Shown: positions 29,249 to 32,000 of the stretch, piece after piece
Layout of the letters: each line of letters opens with the position of its first letter
Numbering within the stretch: the stretch's first letter is position 1
Source of the DNA: Candidatus Saccharimonadota bacterium
GTDB lineage: Bacteria > Bacteroidota > Bacteroidia > Flavobacteriales > Blattabacteriaceae
Assembly: GCA_029851105.1 (NCBI GenBank)
Contig: CP099822.1
Location: forward strand, 90,001 to 122,000
DNA length: 32,000 bases
Reading direction: 5' to 3'
Made by a program: the position numbers and the translations under genes
Notes under the pieces: generated by a model
The model's input: only the letters and a program-made list of their open reading frames with translations
What the model was told of the DNA's origin: nothing
Database searches by the model: none

Positions 29249-30703
29249 ATGAACAGTAAAAATTATTTAAAATTAATAATAGAAAATAAATTAGCTTATT
29301 ATTCTACAATAAAAGGATTTATAATATTAAGACCATATGGATATAAAATATGGGAAAATATTAAAAATATACTTAATAAAATGTTAATTAAAACTAAACA
29401 TGAAAATGTTTATTTTCCATTATTAATACCTAAAAAATTATTTACAATTGAAAGTAATCATATTAAAAATTTTTCTAAAGAATGTGCTATTGTAACTCAT
29501 TCTAAATTAAAAATTAAAAAAAATAAAATAATAATTGATCCTAATTCTAAATTAAAAGAAGAATTAATAATTAGACCTACTTCTGAAACAATAATTTGGA
29601 ATACATATAAAAAATGGATTAATACTTATAAAGATTTGCCTATATTAATAAATCAATGGTCTAATGTAGTAAGATTAGAAATGAGAAATAAATTTTTTAT
29701 AAGAAATTCAGAATTTTTTTTACAAGAAGGTCATACAGCTCATAAAAATAAAAAAGAAGCTATAAAAGAAATTAATATAATTAAATATATTTATAAAAAA
29801 TTAATAAAAAAATATTTATCTATACCATTTATATCAGGAATTAAAACTAATATAGAAAAATTTTCTGGTGCTAAATTTACATATTCTTTCGAAACATTAA
29901 CTAAAAATGGCAAATCTATACAATTAGCAACTATACATTTTTTAGCTAAAAATTTTTCTAAAGCTTTTAAAGTAATTTTTACTAATAAAAAAGGAATAAA
30001 AAAAAATGTATGGTCAACTTCATGGGGACTTTCTACTAGATTAATAGGAGCTATAATTATGATACATTCTGATAAAAAAGGATTAATATTACCACCTAAA
30101 ATTTCTCCTATTCATATTATAATAATACCTATTATAAATAATAAAAATTTTTTTTTATTAAAAAAAATAAATTTAATAGTTAAAAAAATTAAAAAAATTT
30201 TTTTTATTAAAAAATTAAAAATTAATATAAAATATGATAATAATTTAAATAAAAGTCCTGGATATAAATTTTATAAATATGAAAAAATGGGTATTCCTAT
30301 TAGAATTAATATAGGAGAAAAAGAAATTAAAAATAATATAATAGAAGTTATTAGAAGAGATAATTTTAAAAAATATATTTTAAAATTAAAAAATAATTTA
30401 TATAAAAAAATAATAAAATTATTAAATATAATACAAAATAATATATATTATATAGCTAAAAAAAATATGAAAAAAAAAATATTTAAAATTAATAATTATA
30501 AAAAATTTAAATTTTTTTTTAAAAAAAAAAATGGATTTATATTATCAAATTTTGATATTAAAAATAAAAATAATTTAGAATTAAAAATTAAAAAAGAAAC
30601 AAAAGCTACAATAAGATGTATTATAAATAAAAATAAAAATGGTAAATGTTTATATAGTAATAAAAAAACAAATAAAATAGTAATTTTTGGTAAATCTTAT
30701 TAA
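29249..30703 (+). CDS. proS: Proline--tRNA ligase (archaeal/eukaryote-like type found in Bacteroidota)
   Basis: 484 aa. ILRPYGYKIWENI, VYFPLLIP, RPTSETIIW, DLPILINQWSNVVRLEMRNKFFIRNSEFFLQEGHTAH and STSWGLSTRLIGAIIMIHSD are present. There is no bacterial-type INS editing domain. The terminal residue is Tyr (GKSY). Confidence 0.92.
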   Translation: MNSKNYLKLIIENKLAYYSTIKGFIILRPYGYKIWENIKNILNKMLIKTKHENVYFPLLIPKKLFTIESNHIKNFSKECAIVTHSKLKIKKNKIIIDPNSKLKEELIIRPTSETIIWNTYKKWINTYKDLPILINQWSNVVRLEMRNKFFIRNSEFFLQEGHTAHKNKKEAIKEINIIKYIYKKLIKKYLSIPFISGIKTNIEKFSGAKFTYSFETLTKNGKSIQLATIHFLAKNFSKAFKVIFTNKKGIKKNVWSTSWGLSTRLIGAIIMIHSDKKGLILPPKISPIHIIIIPIINNKNFFLLKKINLIVKKIKKIFFIKKLKINIKYDNNLNKSPGYKFYKYEKMGIPIRINIGEKEIKNNIIEVIRRDNFKKYILKLKNNLYKKIIKLLNIIQNNIYYIAKKNMKKKIFKINNYKKFKFFFKKKNGFILSNFDIKNKNNLELKIKKETKATIRCIINKNKNGKCLYSNKKTNKIVIFGKSY

Positions 30704-30729
30704 TTTTTTTAAATATTAATATTTTAAAA

Positions 30730-32000
30730 TTAAAAAATAAAATTAATTAATTTATTAATAAAATTATTTAATTTTTTACCTTTTAATAAATTTTTTAAAA
30801 TAAAATTAAAATTTAATATTATTTTTAACATTTTTTCTTTTTTAATATTATTATTTTCATTTATTATTTTTTTTATAATTTTATTATCTAAATTTATAAT
30901 TAAATTATAATTTTCTAATAAATTATTTTTTTTAAAATTAGAATTATTAAATTTATTAATTTCTTTAATTCTATTTATATATTCTGGTATATTAATAATA
31001 ATAGGTTCTATTTTTTTAGATAAATTTTCTAAATAAATATTAAATTTTTTATATTTAAATTTAATATTTTTTTTTATTAAAATTTTTAATTCTTCTTTTT
31101 TTTTATCATCTATTAATAAAAAATTATTTTTTTTTAAAATATTAAAATTATTTAAATAATCTGAATCTACACTAAAAAATCTTATATCATTATCTAATGA
31201 TTCTAATTTTTGTATTAAATGTAAAAAAATAGGATTTTCTGATAAAATTATATATTTATATCCTTTTTCTTTAGCTTTTTTTATATAATTATATTGATTA
31301 TAATAATTTGTAGAATACAAAATAATAATTTTATTATTTTTATCTATTTGTTTTTTATTTTTTATTATTTTATTTTTAATTTTATCTATAGTATAATATT
31401 TATTATTTATTAATTTATATAACATTATTTTATTATTATTTTTTAAAAAATAATCATTACTAATAATTCCATATATTACTAATGTTTCTACATATTGCCA
31501 TTTTTTTTCAATTTTTTTATTTTTTATTTCATATTCAATTTTATTAAATACTTTTCTTATTATATAATTTTTTATTTTAATTATATTTTTATTATATCTT
31601 ATATTAGATCTAGATATATTTAAAATTATTTCATTTGAATCTATTATACCTTTTAATAATATTAAAAAATCTGGTATTATATTTTTTATATTATTAGTAA
31701 CAAAGATTTGTTTTTGATATATATATATATTATTTTTTTTTAAATTTATATAATTTTGAATTTTAGGTAAATATAATATACCTTTTAAATTAAAAGGATA
31801 ATCTATTTTTAGATGAATATAAAAAATAGGATTATTAATTTCATTTTTAAATAAATAATGATAAAAATCAATACTTTCTTTAGTATTAATTTTATCTTTT
31901 ATCCATATAGGTTTTTTATTATTTATAATTTTTTTTTTTTTATCATAAAATATTATAGGAATAAATAAAAAATTACAATATTTTTTTATTAATGATATAA
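30730..32000 (-). CDS. htpG: Molecular chaperone HtpG (Hsp90); N-terminus lies beyond the right edge of the window
   Basis: The ORF track starts at an internal Met (31425). Hand translation shows the frame stays open up to position 32000: ...KKPIWIKDKINTKESIDFYHYLF...YPFNLKGILYLPKI...IYIYQKQIFVTNNIKNIIPDFLILLKGIIDSNEIILNISRSNI...WQYVETLVIYGII...MLYKLIN.... KPxW, LYxxxVFI and FxKGVVDSxDLxLNxSRE are Hsp90 middle-domain signatures. The tracked part has ILYSTN...YIKKAKEKGYKYIIL...HLIQKLE...FFSVDSD. Confidence 0.88.
   Translation of the reverse strand, partial: ISLIKKYCNFLFIPIIFYDKKKKIINNKKPIWIKDKINTKESIDFYHYLFKNEINNPIFYIHLKIDYPFNLKGILYLPKIQNYINLKKNNIYIYQKQIFVTNNIKNIIPDFLILLKGIIDSNEIILNISRSNIRYNKNIIKIKNYIIRKVFNKIEYEIKNKKIEKKWQYVETLVIYGIISNDYFLKNNNKIMLYKLINNKYYTIDKIKNKIIKNKKQIDKNNKIIILYSTNYYNQYNYIKKAKEKGYKYIILSENPIFLHLIQKLESLDNDIRFFSVDSDYLNNFNILKKNNFLLIDDKKKEELKILIKKNIKFKYKKFNIYLENLSKKIEPIIINIPEYINRIKEINKFNNSNFKKNNLLENYNLIINLDNKIIKKIINENNNIKKEKMLKIILNFNFILKNLLKGKKLNNFINKLINFIF

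Overview
This window is extremely A+T-rich (by eye about 85-90% A+T; not computed) and almost entirely coding. It looks like the core genome of a highly reduced obligate intracellular symbiont. I count 31 protein genes: 29 from the ORF track plus 2 edge-truncated genes I translated by hand. There are also 4 tRNA genes. The content is nearly all housekeeping: five aminoacyl-tRNA synthetases (argS, asnS, aspS, cysS, proS), translation and RNA factors (frr, lepA, smpB, rpsO, pnp, def, miaB, tsaB, rsmG, cca, a SpoU-type methylase), chaperones (groES/groEL, htpG), rpoD, mutL, and Fe-S/sulfur-transfer proteins (cysteine desulfurase, SufE, SufT-like). The only metabolic genes are a DAHP synthase/chorismate mutase fusion, pfkA and a gap homolog. 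Several traits point to a Bacteroidota/Flavobacteriales-type insect endosymbiont, but this is inference with no database search: a short 296-aa primary sigma factor, a DAHPS-CM fusion, a DUF3127 protein, an HsdR_N-like protein, an archaeal/eukaryote-type ProRS, and A-rich leaders without Shine-Dalgarno motifs. I found no mobile elements, CRISPR arrays, prophage, toxin-antitoxin or defence genes, and no intergenic gap large enough to hide another gene. I therefore cannot support a claim of a new multi-gene system here. The items worth a second look are: a full-length GAPDH homolog with both catalytic residues replaced; a DUF3127 OB-fold protein carrying an SSB-type DDDLPF tail and a perfect 21-bp in-frame tandem repeat; a 52-nt perfect A/T-only palindrome at a convergent gene junction; a MutL with a degraded endonuclease motif; and very long in-frame homopolymer tracts. 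Stop codons are TAA in 28 of the 29 genes whose stop lies in the window, TAG once, and TGA never.
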